From assembly GCA_021735655.1 (NCBI GenBank), contig JAIPGM010000008.1, positions 5,922 through 69,921 of the forward strand: a stretch of DNA of 64,000 nt, read 5' to 3'. Shown here in pieces: positions 47,006 through 56,224 of the stretch (the first letter of the stretch is position 1; each line of letters opens with the position of its first letter). The notes under the pieces are model-generated. The model saw only the letters and a list, made by a program, of their open reading frames with translations. It ran no database searches and was not told where the DNA came from. The position numbers were made by a program, and so were the translations under genes. This DNA comes from Candidatus Omnitrophota bacterium. Its GTDB lineage: Bacteria; Omnitrophota; Gorgyraeia; Duberdicusellales; 4484-171.

Positions 47006-48568
47006 GTGTTAAAATTTACCATCATGAAAGGCATTCTTTATTGTCGAGATATTTCTTCAAATAAATCAAAATCGCTCTTCTTTCCCCACAAAACCACCAC
47101 TAAATTACAAGATGTCTATGCTTCTGACTGTCCTTTGGTCATTTTTGACGAAAAATTTATCAAAAAAAGTAAAAAGTTAGATAATTCGCGCCTTAAAAGT
47201 AAGGTTTGTTTTGTGCATTTTACCCAAGAGCATAAGGATAATTTAAAAATAGTTAAACAGCTTGGTTTTTTTGATTACTTTAGTGATCAAGATTCAAAGA
47301 GTTTTGTTTCTTTCAAGTTTCTAAGGGCCGAGAAGCTAATTAAACTTAATCGAAAGGTGTATAGCCTAGAGAAACAAGTTAATAAAAAAGATGCTGAAAT
47401 CGAAAACATCACTTTGATCGATCCGATAACCGGGTGTTATAACTGGCGGTATCTTTCAAACCGGATAACTCAGGAAATTAATCGAGCTCGTCGACATTTC
47501 TACAGCATTTCTTTTATTGCTGTCGATATTGATCATTTTACCAGGATCAATGAACTCTATGGCGTAAAAGTAGCCGATACGATTATTAAGGAATTTGTCG
47601 GTATTTTAGGCAAAGCATTGCGGACTGAGGACATTCTGGCCCGCTGGCGAGAGGATGAGTTTTTTATTATTGCGCCTCACTTAGAAGCCAAAGATAGCTA
47701 TATGGTTGCTAAAAGAATAGGCGAGAAAATTAGCACACATAAGTTTAAATATCATAAAGTTGCGATATGTCTAAAGGCTAGTTTAGGCGTTACCACTTCT
47801 CCTGAAGATCATATCTTTAGTGTTCGCGATATTGTTAATACTTTGAATGGTTGTTTAGCTTCGGCTAAACGGAAGGGGGGCAACACGATTGTTTTATATT
47901 CTCAGGCAGATACTACCTTGGCGCCGGAAAAGCACAAGAAGGCTAATACGTCTGAATTACAGGGTAAAATAGACAAGATGAACAAGGTGATGAATCGAGA
48001 TTTGCTTGATACTATTTATGGGTTTGCTAGGACAATCGAGGCAAAAGATTCTTACACCGGAAAACATGTAGAATATACTGCTGGTTTGGCCGAAGAAGTT
48101 GCAAAAGCCTTACGGTTATCAACCAAAGAAGTGGAAGATGTTAGGCATGCTGCGGTTTTGCATGATTTAGGAAAGATTGCTATCGATAAAAGCATTCTTT
48201 CTAAAGCAGGTAGCCTTAGTCCCGAAGAAAGGGAGTCGATTAGGACTCATCCGGCTATTGCTGCAGAGATTTTACGCGAGATACATGGTCTCAGAGGGGC
48301 TATCCCGGCGATTCTTTATCATCATGAGCGTTATGATGGAAAGGGCTATCCTTTGGGGTTAAAGGGCGATGATATACCTTTAAATGCTCGGATAGTTGCC
48401 GTTGCTGATGTCTATCAGGCGCTTATCTCTGATCGGCCGTATCGTAAAGCTTATGTTAAGAAAAAGGCTTTAGAGATTATTAAATCAGAGGCTGGCAAAC
48501 AGTTTGATCCTAAAATAGTAAGAATGTTTTTACGAATTATCAAGAGGATCGATGCGCAAGAAAGATGA
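47006..48568 (+). CDS. Degenerate GGDEF domain + HD-GYP phosphodiesterase
   Basis: GGDEF fold (DPITGCYNWRYL...FIAVDIDHF...) with signature replaced by RWREDEFFII; C-terminal HD-GYP VLHDLGKIAI and HHERYDGKGYPLGL. Confidence 0.75.
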   Translation: MLKFTIMKGILYCRDISSNKSKSLFFPHKTTTKLQDVYASDCPLVIFDEKFIKKSKKLDNSRLKSKVCFVHFTQEHKDNLKIVKQLGFFDYFSDQDSKSFVSFKFLRAEKLIKLNRKVYSLEKQVNKKDAEIENITLIDPITGCYNWRYLSNRITQEINRARRHFYSISFIAVDIDHFTRINELYGVKVADTIIKEFVGILGKALRTEDILARWREDEFFIIAPHLEAKDSYMVAKRIGEKISTHKFKYHKVAICLKASLGVTTSPEDHIFSVRDIVNTLNGCLASAKRKGGNTIVLYSQADTTLAPEKHKKANTSELQGKIDKMNKVMNRDLLDTIYGFARTIEAKDSYTGKHVEYTAGLAEEVAKALRLSTKEVEDVRHAAVLHDLGKIAIDKSILSKAGSLSPEERESIRTHPAIAAEILREIHGLRGAIPAILYHHERYDGKGYPLGLKGDDIPLNARIVAVADVYQALISDRPYRKAYVKKKALEIIKSEAGKQFDPKIVRMFLRIIKRIDAQER

Positions 48569-49010
48569 AGCCTACATGTATGAAGCTCTCAAACAGGCTC
48601 ACTATGCATTTGATGAAGATGAGGTGCCGGTGGGGGCAGTTATTGTTTGTAACGATAGAATAATCGCTAGAAGCTACAACCAGGTCGAAAAATTAAAAGA
48701 TCCTACCGCTCATGCTGAGATGATTGCTATTACTCAAGCGGCAAGTTTTTTAAAATCAAAGTGGCTTAAAAAATGTTCTTTGTATGTTACGATAGAGCCG
48801 TGTTCGATGTGTGCCGGAGCCTTAGTCTTAAGTCGCATCGATAAGGTTGTTTTTGGCGCAAAAGATCCAAAGACTGGAGCTTTCGGGTCAAAGCTAGATG
48901 TAAATGCCTTAAGTCTTAATCATAAGTTAAAAGTTAAAAATGGTATTTTGGAGAATGAATGTGCCATGATTTTACAGGATTTTTTTAAAATTAAGAGGGA
49001 GACAAAATGA
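48552..49010 (+). CDS. tadA: tRNA-specific adenosine deaminase
   Basis: HAEMIAI and PCSMCAGAL zinc-binding CDA motifs; about 150 aa. Confidence 0.85.
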   Translation: MRKKDEAYMYEALKQAHYAFDEDEVPVGAVIVCNDRIIARSYNQVEKLKDPTAHAEMIAITQAASFLKSKWLKKCSLYVTIEPCSMCAGALVLSRIDKVVFGAKDPKTGAFGSKLDVNALSLNHKLKVKNGILENECAMILQDFFKIKRETK

Positions 49011-49666
49011 GTATGAAGAGCCTTAGGGTAATTTTTATTACTATCGTAGTTTTTGTTTTTTCTTTAGAATATGCTCAAGCTCGTAACCGTCAGGGTGGCG
49101 GTAGCTCATCAGGCTCAGGTTATACTCCAAGAACTCGCACCAAGGTGAGTTCTCAGTCGTCACAAAAGAATAGCAATAAAGATAAGAGCAAAAGTGTTAA
49201 TAAAGAAGAGGGGAGTGAATCTTTGAAGTGGGGAAAGTCAGATGATTCGATAAAGGTAAAGTCAAATCCTCAGCAGAAGGAAAATATACTAAAGCTTAAA
49301 GAAGATGCAAAAGCGATTAAAGATAAATCAAATATAACCCAAGATCAGAAGGATAAAATAAAGTCTGATTTTTCAGCTATTATGGATGGCGCACAAAAAC
49401 CCAGCGAGGAATCAGTTAATAATCTGGTTGGTGATCTTACCAGGGCAGCAGAAGACGGTAAGCTAGGCCCAAAGGAGGCTATGAAAATTTCTGAAAGTGT
49501 TTCTGGGGTTTTAGAGAGTGCAAATATATCTGAAGAAGAAGTTTGGGCGCTTAAAAAAGATGTTGAGGCTGTTGCTGAGGCCTCTAACCTTAATCAGCAA
49601 GACACAGACTTAATAATAGCTGACGTTGAGGCTATCATTGATACAGCTAGAGCTAATAGTAAGTAG
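49007..49666 (+). CDS. Secreted low-complexity protein
   Basis: Signal peptide; Ser/Gly/Lys-rich N-terminus; acidic helical C-terminus. Confidence 0.35.
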   Translation: MSMKSLRVIFITIVVFVFSLEYAQARNRQGGGSSSGSGYTPRTRTKVSSQSSQKNSNKDKSKSVNKEEGSESLKWGKSDDSIKVKSNPQQKENILKLKEDAKAIKDKSNITQDQKDKIKSDFSAIMDGAQKPSEESVNNLVGDLTRAAEDGKLGPKEAMKISESVSGVLESANISEEEVWALKKDVEAVAEASNLNQQDTDLIIADVEAIIDTARANSK

Positions 49667-49685
49667 TAAGTGTATGAGGTACCCT

Positions 49686-50255
49686 ATGAAAAAATCATTT
49701 ACCCTAATCGAACTAATTGTAGTTATTGCAATCATTGCCATTCTTGCCGCAATCATCGCCCCAAATGCTTTTAAAGCTGTTGAGAAGGCGAAGATTTCTG
49801 AAGCAATAGCCGATGTTAAAACTTACAAAACTGCCATTGGTACCTTATATGCTGATACCGGACATTGGGTAGTAGAAGGCGCTGTTCCTCCCCTAGGTGA
49901 CATTATCTATCCAGATTCTGCTAATAATGATTTAATAACTAATCTTAATGGTTATTTTGGTTGGGATGGACCTTATGTTCAAAAGATTAAAGCCAAAAAT
50001 CCCTGGAAGGGTTGGTATGTTTTTCAATCTAATGATGTCGCAAGAGGTTTACAATCAGAAATTTGGCTTGATTTTGAAGATGCTTGTTATCCGCTAGAGG
50101 GTAGTGTCAGCCTTGATTGCCCTATACCGGATAAAGCCAAAAATAAAATAGATGCTACCATTGACGATGGAGATCCCTCGGACGGAAATGTACAAGAAGG
50201 ACTAGGAGGGTCAGCCGGTGATTTTTCTTGGTTTTTAGTTTGGGATGCATACTAA
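49686..50255 (+). CDS. Type IV pilin-like protein
   Basis: MKKSFTLIELIVVIAIIAILAAIIAPNAFKAVEKAK; C-terminal WFLVWDAY. Start trimmed from the track ORF (49626) to the Met preceded by an RBS. Confidence 0.75.
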   Translation: MKKSFTLIELIVVIAIIAILAAIIAPNAFKAVEKAKISEAIADVKTYKTAIGTLYADTGHWVVEGAVPPLGDIIYPDSANNDLITNLNGYFGWDGPYVQKIKAKNPWKGWYVFQSNDVARGLQSEIWLDFEDACYPLEGSVSLDCPIPDKAKNKIDATIDDGDPSDGNVQEGLGGSAGDFSWFLVWDAY

Positions 50256-50337
50256 GTTGTAACTACCTAACGGTTAATCTACTTTCTAACCTCTTTGCGA
50301 AATTTATCAAAAATGCTATGATTAAAAATCATTAATA

Positions 50338-50380
50338 GAGGGGGGTGCCGAGCTCGGTTTAAGGCGGCGGTTTGCTAAAC
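50338..50380 (+). pseudogene. Truncated tRNA-Ser(GCU) 5' half (acceptor through anticodon loop), copy 1
   Basis: gagggggtgccgagctcggtttaaggcggcggtttgctaaacc matches positions 1-42 of the intact tRNA at 52829 with 2 mismatches, then diverges. Confidence 0.7.
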
Positions 50381-50674
50381 CTTTTCGACTCTTTTTCAAT
50401 AAACTTAATCCTTTTTCAATTTATCCTCTAAAATATTAACTTTTCATACTTATTGCTGTTTGTAGGAATTTTGTATGCTTATATCTGTTTGACTATTTTT
50501 TGGACACCGACCCCCATCCCTTCCAATTTGGTCGCAGATATAGTTATAAGGACTGTTTTTGGTGCCTGAATTAGATTTTGGGAAGCCCGTTCTGAAACCG
50601 TTTTTACAAAGAGGCATTTTTGCTGTTATAGTGGTCCTTTTTAGGTGTTATACTTTAATGATAGGTTTAATTGT

Positions 50675-51376
50675 ATGAAGAAAAATATTTTTTCCTTAAT
50701 AATTTACCTTTGTTTGTCTTTGGCTTCGGTAACGGTTTATGCTGGTCCTTTTGAGAAATTGACTAGTAGTGGAAGACCATCCGTTAACTCAGGCCAAAAT
50801 AAGTCAACTCAAGCATCACATCCACCTGCCAGAAGTAATCGTTTACTTGAAAGGAGTTCAACAAAAGCACAAAGTCCAAAAACAGCAATTAAGGTAAAAG
50901 GAGGCTTGGGGGGTTCTAGTTTTAGGCATACAGTTCAGGAAGGGCTTAATAAAGTATCTAAAGTGCATCCGGAATTGCTCGATGCGAAGGGTGTTGTCAT
51001 ACTTCGTGAGAAACTAGAGCCTGGCGAAGCTATGCGGGCCTATACTGCGGAGAATTTAATAGCTGTGTCACCCCGAACCGCTTCGGAAGATAATAAGTAC
51101 CTTTTTGCTGCAGCTTTGGGGCATGAGTTAGATCACGTATTAAATCCTCAAAAAGGTGAGGTTTTAGATCAACAGGGACGCATAAAACTGAAAGTGGCGG
51201 TAGCTATGGAAAAACGAGCTATCGGCAAGGAAATAGATATTCTTTCTGCGTACTTAGAAGTAGCCAGTAAAAAAGACCGTGAGATAATGCAACTGCGGAT
51301 AAATTTCCTGAAAGCTGCGGATGGGACGCATAATAAGGAAAGGTATGAAAGGCTTGGCATTCCTTTTGTCGATTAG
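50675..51376 (+). CDS. Secreted hypothetical protein
   Basis: Signal peptide MKKNIFSLIIYLCLSLASVTVYA; no motif. Start trimmed to the internal Met. Confidence 0.35.
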   Translation: MKKNIFSLIIYLCLSLASVTVYAGPFEKLTSSGRPSVNSGQNKSTQASHPPARSNRLLERSSTKAQSPKTAIKVKGGLGGSSFRHTVQEGLNKVSKVHPELLDAKGVVILREKLEPGEAMRAYTAENLIAVSPRTASEDNKYLFAAALGHELDHVLNPQKGEVLDQQGRIKLKVAVAMEKRAIGKEIDILSAYLEVASKKDREIMQLRINFLKAADGTHNKERYERLGIPFVD

Positions 51377-51523
51377 CGGTAATGTAAAATAAGTCTGACT
51401 TTATTTTTTTCTGACCCTCATCCCAATTGACACATTTTTCTTATTCGACCAATTCCTATCAAAGTAGTATCTATTTTCTTTTCAAAACTTACCAAAAATG
51501 CTATAATTAAAAATCATTAATAG

Positions 51524-51568
51524 ATGAGGGGTGGCCGAGCTCGGTTTAAGGCGGCGGTTTGCTAAACC
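51524..51568 (+). pseudogene. Truncated tRNA-Ser(GCU) 5' half, copy 2
   Basis: gatgaggggtggccgagctcggtttaaggcggcggtttgctaaacc is identical to the intact gene over about 40 nt. Confidence 0.7.
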
Positions 51569-51831
51569 TCCATAGTCCTTTTTCAATAACCCAATAAATT
51601 CAATCCTTTTTTAATTTATCTTCTAAAGTATTAACTTTTTATACTTACCGCTGTTTGTAGGAATCTTGCATGTTTGTATCTGTTTGGCTATTTTTTGGAC
51701 ATTTTCTGGTCACCGACCCTTACTCTTTCTGACTTGGTTATGGGTATAGTTATAAGGGCTATTTTCGGCACTTGAAGTAAATTTTGGAAAAATCTATTTT
51801 TAGTGGTAAAATATTCCAAAGGAGGTATTTT

Positions 51832-52416
51832 ATGAAAAAATCATTTACTTTAATCGAGTTAATCGTAGTAATCGCTATAATTGCTATCTTAGCAGCAATC
51901 ATCGCTCCCAATGCATTTAAGGCTATTGATAAAGCAAAAGTTTCAGCTAGCCTGGCTTATGCAAAGAACATAAAAACAGCAATTTTGTCTTTGTATTCCG
52001 ATACTGGGCATTTTTCGGGATGGGTGGCCGGCATGACGGCTGGTCAATATAATTATGTGAAACTTGACGATGATTATAACCCTAGTTGGCAGCCTAGCAA
52101 TTTATTGAGTGATGAATCTGGTTGGACTGGTTGGGATGGTCCCTATATGGAGCAACTGACAGGTCGACATCGATGGGGCGGAACTATCATGCTTCTCTAT
52201 TATCCTATTCCAGCATCTTGGGCTAATGGTCTTGGTCTTTATCGTTGGTTTCCGTGCTATGGGAATTCAGCTAATAATTGTGGAGTATCTGAGACGAATT
52301 TAAAGAAAATAGATGCTACCGTAGATGATGGTGTACCTACCACTGGTAACCATAGAGTCTATTATGACGCCACGTATTCACAATGGTATTCGCTAGAAAC
52401 GTTAATTAACTTCTAA
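51832..52416 (+). CDS. Type IV pilin-like protein
   Basis: MKKSFTLIELIVVIAIIAILAAIIAPNAFKAIDKAK; RBS aaaggagg. Start trimmed from 51784. Confidence 0.75.
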   Translation: MKKSFTLIELIVVIAIIAILAAIIAPNAFKAIDKAKVSASLAYAKNIKTAILSLYSDTGHFSGWVAGMTAGQYNYVKLDDDYNPSWQPSNLLSDESGWTGWDGPYMEQLTGRHRWGGTIMLLYYPIPASWANGLGLYRWFPCYGNSANNCGVSETNLKKIDATVDDGVPTTGNHRVYYDATYSQWYSLETLINF

Positions 52417-52776
52417 TGATAGGTTCAGTCGATAGCGGTAAAGAGGAAAATATAGGTTTTTGTTTAATAACTAGGGGAGATTGTTAACATGAGAATATTT
52501 TTATTATTAGCTATAGTTGCGATAATGGCTTGTTCTTCGCAAGATAAGAGGTCACCGGTGGATCAATTAGAACCAGAGCTCATTGACCCTGCGGCTGGGC
52601 TTGACAATATGTAACCTTAGAATAACATTAAAGGTATGATGTCTTTAATGAACCAACGGTTTCTTTATACCTTCTTTTTAACTATAGTATTAAAGATATT
52701 TTAGGAAAACTTTTTAGCCTAATTGACACATTCTTTTCTATTTGACCAAGTCTTATCAAAGTATGATCCATCTTCT

Positions 52777-52811
52777 AAATTCTTTCCAAAATTAACCAAA
52801 AATGTTATAAT
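52777..52811 (+). promoter_or_regulatory. Candidate promoter of tRNA-Ser(GCU) with extended -10 (tgttataat)
   Basis: TGn-TATAAT at 52803..52811. The same ccaaaaatgctataattaaaaatcattaataga block precedes both truncated tRNA copies. Confidence 0.4.
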
Positions 52812-52828
52812 TGAAAATCATTAATAGA

Positions 52829-52924
52829 GGAGGGGTGGCCGAGCTCGGTTTAAGGCGGCGGTTTGCTAAACCGTTGTACAGGTGAAAACCCGTACCTGGG
52901 GTTCAAATCCCCACCCCTCCGCCA
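52829..52924 (+). tRNA. tRNA-Ser (anticodon GCU), type II
   Basis: Acceptor GGAGGGG/CCCCTCC; 3-bp D-stem; anticodon stem GCGGT/ACCGT with loop TTGCTAA; long variable arm gtac...gtac; T-arm TGGGG-TTCAAAT-CCCCA; GCCA end. Confidence 0.8.
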
Positions 52925-52940
52925 GTTTTATAATAAATAA

Positions 52941-53897
52941 ATGGAAATACTACTTAATAGCCTAATTTTTATAGTCGGTCTTGCTATATTAATAATCAGC
53001 TCTGACTGGCTTATCCAGGGTTCAATTAAATTATCTAGCCTTCTAAGATTAACCCCTTTATTTGTAGGATTAGTTCTAGTCGCTTTTGGTACATCTACTC
53101 CTGAAGCTGGAGTTGGAATAGTCGCCGCCATAAGAAATTATAAAGAGATAGCCTTGGGCAATGTTATCGGAAGCAATATTTGCAATATTGGGTTGATTTT
53201 GGGTCTATGTGCTTTCGTTAGGCCGTTAAAGATAAATAAGTCTATTCTTAGAAGAGAGTTTCCCTTTATGCTTCTTGCTACGGTTTCACTTTTTTTAATG
53301 AGTCGGGATTTATTAATTAGCCGGCTTGACGGATTAATATTTATATTTGGCTTTATTGCTTTTTTAGTTTTTTCATATAAAGGAGCAAGGCAGTCTTTTA
53401 TCGGCGATGAGATAAATAATTTTAAATTTAAAGGTTTGTTTAAGAGATACAATTCACCTATTGCAATCACCGTTTTATCGCTAATTTCAATTTTAGGCAT
53501 AGCTATTGGAGCAAAGCTTATGGTTGATAAAGGAGTGGTCTTAGCAAATATTTTTGGGGTGAAGCCTTGGTTGATTGCAATTACTGTTTTTGCCGTTGGC
53601 ACTTCGCTTCCTGAATTAGCGGCATCATTGACTGCGGCTTTGAAGAAAGCGCCTTCAATTAGTGTTGGCAATATCGTCGGAAGCAATATTTTTAACATTT
53701 TACTGATTTTAGGGGTGGTTTCTTTAATCAGACCGATACAGCTAGAGGCTTCAATGCTAAAGTTTGAATTTCCGGTTTTGCTTATTTTTAGCTTTACCCT
53801 TCTTATCATGATGAAAACTAGGCACCAAATAAGCCGTTGGGAAGGGCTGTCGTTATTTTTAGGCTATATTGGTTTTATTTTTTTATTGATTCACTAA
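52941..53897 (+). CDS. CaCA-family Na+/Ca2+ exchanger-type membrane transporter (YrbG-like)
   Basis: Two alpha-repeats GNVIGSNICNIGLILG and GNIVGSNIFNILLILG. Confidence 0.75.
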   Translation: MEILLNSLIFIVGLAILIISSDWLIQGSIKLSSLLRLTPLFVGLVLVAFGTSTPEAGVGIVAAIRNYKEIALGNVIGSNICNIGLILGLCAFVRPLKINKSILRREFPFMLLATVSLFLMSRDLLISRLDGLIFIFGFIAFLVFSYKGARQSFIGDEINNFKFKGLFKRYNSPIAITVLSLISILGIAIGAKLMVDKGVVLANIFGVKPWLIAITVFAVGTSLPELAASLTAALKKAPSISVGNIVGSNIFNILLILGVVSLIRPIQLEASMLKFEFPVLLIFSFTLLIMMKTRHQISRWEGLSLFLGYIGFIFLLIH

Positions 53898-53924
53898 TTT
53901 ATAATAACCAAAAGGAGGTAGCGG

Positions 53925-54485
53925 ATGTTAGGAGGTATATTGATATTTTTAGGAGTTTTAGTGTTTTTGGTCGTTATCTGGGTTATCGGTTCTTATAACG
54001 GCGTAATAACTTTAAGAAATAGTGTGGATAATGCTTGGGCTCAAATCGATGTCCAGCTTACCCGGAGACATGATCTTATACCTAATTTGGTAAAAACGGC
54101 TAAAGGTTACCTAACTCATGAAAAAGAAACCCTTGAGAATGTAATAAAGGCCCGTACTCAGGCAACTCAGGCTACCGCAGTTAAAGACAAACAGGCGGCC
54201 GAGAACTTTTTAACCAGCACCCTGCGCTCTTTATTTGCTGTTGTTGAGCGATATCCTGATCTTAAGGCTAATCAGAGCATGCTCAAGCTTCATGAAGAGA
54301 TAACTTCAACTGAAAACCGGATTGCTTTTGCCCGGCAGTTTTACAATGATGAGACAATGAGGCACAATACCTTAATTCAGCAATTTCCGGTTAATTTAAT
54401 TGCCAGTAGTTTTAACTTTAGCAATAAAGAGTTATTCGAAATCGAGGATACGTCTCACAAGGAAGTTCCCGAAGTAAATCTTTAA
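53925..54485 (+). CDS. LemA-family protein
   Basis: N-terminal TM then NGVITLRNSVDNAWAQIDVQLTRRHDLIPNLV, a typical LemA pattern. Confidence 0.8.
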   Translation: MLGGILIFLGVLVFLVVIWVIGSYNGVITLRNSVDNAWAQIDVQLTRRHDLIPNLVKTAKGYLTHEKETLENVIKARTQATQATAVKDKQAAENFLTSTLRSLFAVVERYPDLKANQSMLKLHEEITSTENRIAFARQFYNDETMRHNTLIQQFPVNLIASSFNFSNKELFEIEDTSHKEVPEVNL

Positions 54486-54500
54486 TTTTCTTACCTAAAA

Positions 54501-56138
54501 ATGGCCTATTCATTTATCCAGATCGAGAGGGAGAAATCCCGTTTTATCTTCGTTCTGATTGCCATCCTGATAGCTATCTACTTTTTTACCTCTTGGACAG
54601 TATGGTTTTTTGTTAAAAACTACTACCGCTATCGGTTTTATAGCGAAGCCCAAACTGGTCTATATATCCCTACTTTGATTGAAACCGGCATTGTTTTTTT
54701 AATTGCTCTTTCAGCGGCATTATTGCATTTTTACATTTCAACCGCTGATATGCTGGTTAGATCATTTGAGGTTTTAGGAGCAAAGCCTTTGGATTTAAAC
54801 TATTCCAAGCATCGGATGCTCAGAAATATAATTGATGAGGTTTCGATAGCTATGGGTGGGGTTAGTATCAACGGTTGTGTGGTTAATAGTGCCAGTTGCA
54901 ATGCTTTTACGATTAGTAATTTTAGCGGTTTTGCCTACATCGGTGTAACTGAAGGTTTACTTTCTAAGTTAAATCGCAGCCAGTTAGAAGCTGTAATTGG
55001 CCATGAGGCAGCTCACATCGTGAGAGGAGATACCCAGATAGTTACGACTGCCTGTTCAGTTTTCGGGATTTATGAAGGCTTAATGGTTGGGATAAGAGAG
55101 AGTGTTTTAAGAGTAAGGAGCTCAGCAGCCCTGCTTGGAGTTTTTATTTATTTGATTTTATCTATTGTCCATATTCTTAATAAGATAATCGTGTCTTCTA
55201 TTTCTAAACAGAAAGAATTTCGAGCTGATGCGGTTGCGGTTAAACTTACCCGTGATCCATTAGCTTTGGCTCAGAGTCTATATATTATTTCAAAGCGTTG
55301 GCATGGTGAGAATACAAAGGTCGTTGGACTGTCCTCGTTGTTTATTGTTAGTCCAGTTGGCTCAAGCCTTAGTGGTTTTTCAACTCATCCTCCGATAGAG
55401 GAAAGAATCGGTATATTGTTGAATATGGCTCATGCTGACAAATCTGCTCTTGAGAGCATGGTTAACAATCTAAAACCAGAAATTAAGGCTGCCCGTAGGG
55501 ATTTTAAGCAGATGGCTAAGAAAAGTAAACTTTTAAAAAATCATGAAAGCTGGTTTGCCTTTAAGGATCAGAGTTGGCAAGGTCCTTTTTTATTTGTAGA
55601 GCTTGCGTCTCTTGGGTGGCTTAAACCGGATCATTTAATTCGTCGCCACGGTGCAATCCAAGCAAAACCAGCCTATGAGGATAGTAGATTAATGCCTTTA
55701 TTTAGGCCGCACGAGGATCAGCTACACAGCCGTTTTTCTTGTCCTTACTGCTATCACGGATTAGATGCAACTAAATATGAAGGGGCAGATGTCTATAAGT
55801 GCTATCTTTGTAAGGGTAGGCTTCTTACAAGAGATGAATTAAATAAGGTATTAATTAGAGAAGATCGGGATTTTTCTCAAGATATTATTTCGCAGGCCGA
55901 GCTAGCCTTAGCTGAGAAAAAAGAGCGTTTTAAGCGTATTCGAGAAATAAAAACTCCTTTGGTAATAAATTGTCCGAATTGTTTTCGAAAAATGCGCCGT
56001 AAACTTTTTAGTCATTATGCTCCGGTTGAGGTGGATGAGTGTGGTTGGTGCGCTAGCATATGGCTTGACTATGATGAGCTTGAGATAATTCAGTCTATCT
56101 ATGATCGACTTCCCAATAAAGACCAGATAATATATTAG
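54501..56138 (+). CDS. M48-like (HEXXH) zinc metallopeptidase, membrane-bound, with C-terminal zinc-ribbon domains
   Basis: TM helices; VIGHEAAHIVRGD; C-terminal CPYCYH...CYLCKG and CPNCFRK...CGWCAS. Confidence 0.55.
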   Translation: MAYSFIQIEREKSRFIFVLIAILIAIYFFTSWTVWFFVKNYYRYRFYSEAQTGLYIPTLIETGIVFLIALSAALLHFYISTADMLVRSFEVLGAKPLDLNYSKHRMLRNIIDEVSIAMGGVSINGCVVNSASCNAFTISNFSGFAYIGVTEGLLSKLNRSQLEAVIGHEAAHIVRGDTQIVTTACSVFGIYEGLMVGIRESVLRVRSSAALLGVFIYLILSIVHILNKIIVSSISKQKEFRADAVAVKLTRDPLALAQSLYIISKRWHGENTKVVGLSSLFIVSPVGSSLSGFSTHPPIEERIGILLNMAHADKSALESMVNNLKPEIKAARRDFKQMAKKSKLLKNHESWFAFKDQSWQGPFLFVELASLGWLKPDHLIRRHGAIQAKPAYEDSRLMPLFRPHEDQLHSRFSCPYCYHGLDATKYEGADVYKCYLCKGRLLTRDELNKVLIREDRDFSQDIISQAELALAEKKERFKRIREIKTPLVINCPNCFRKMRRKLFSHYAPVEVDECGWCASIWLDYDELEIIQSIYDRLPNKDQIIY

Positions 56139-56224
56139 TTATTTTAAATGTTAAGTTCAGTTGACTTAAAGATAATATCAAGGTATACTAATTTCGCTTT
56201 TTTAAACTAACCTTTAATACAATC

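Noticed and set aside
52829-52924. Initial reading of the tRNA at 52829 as an amber-suppressor (anticodon CUA)
   Set aside because: Re-registering the anticodon stem (GCGGT/ACCGT with G·U closing pair) gives loop TTGCTAA and anticodon GCU. This is an ordinary tRNA-Ser with a 3-bp D-stem and long variable arm.
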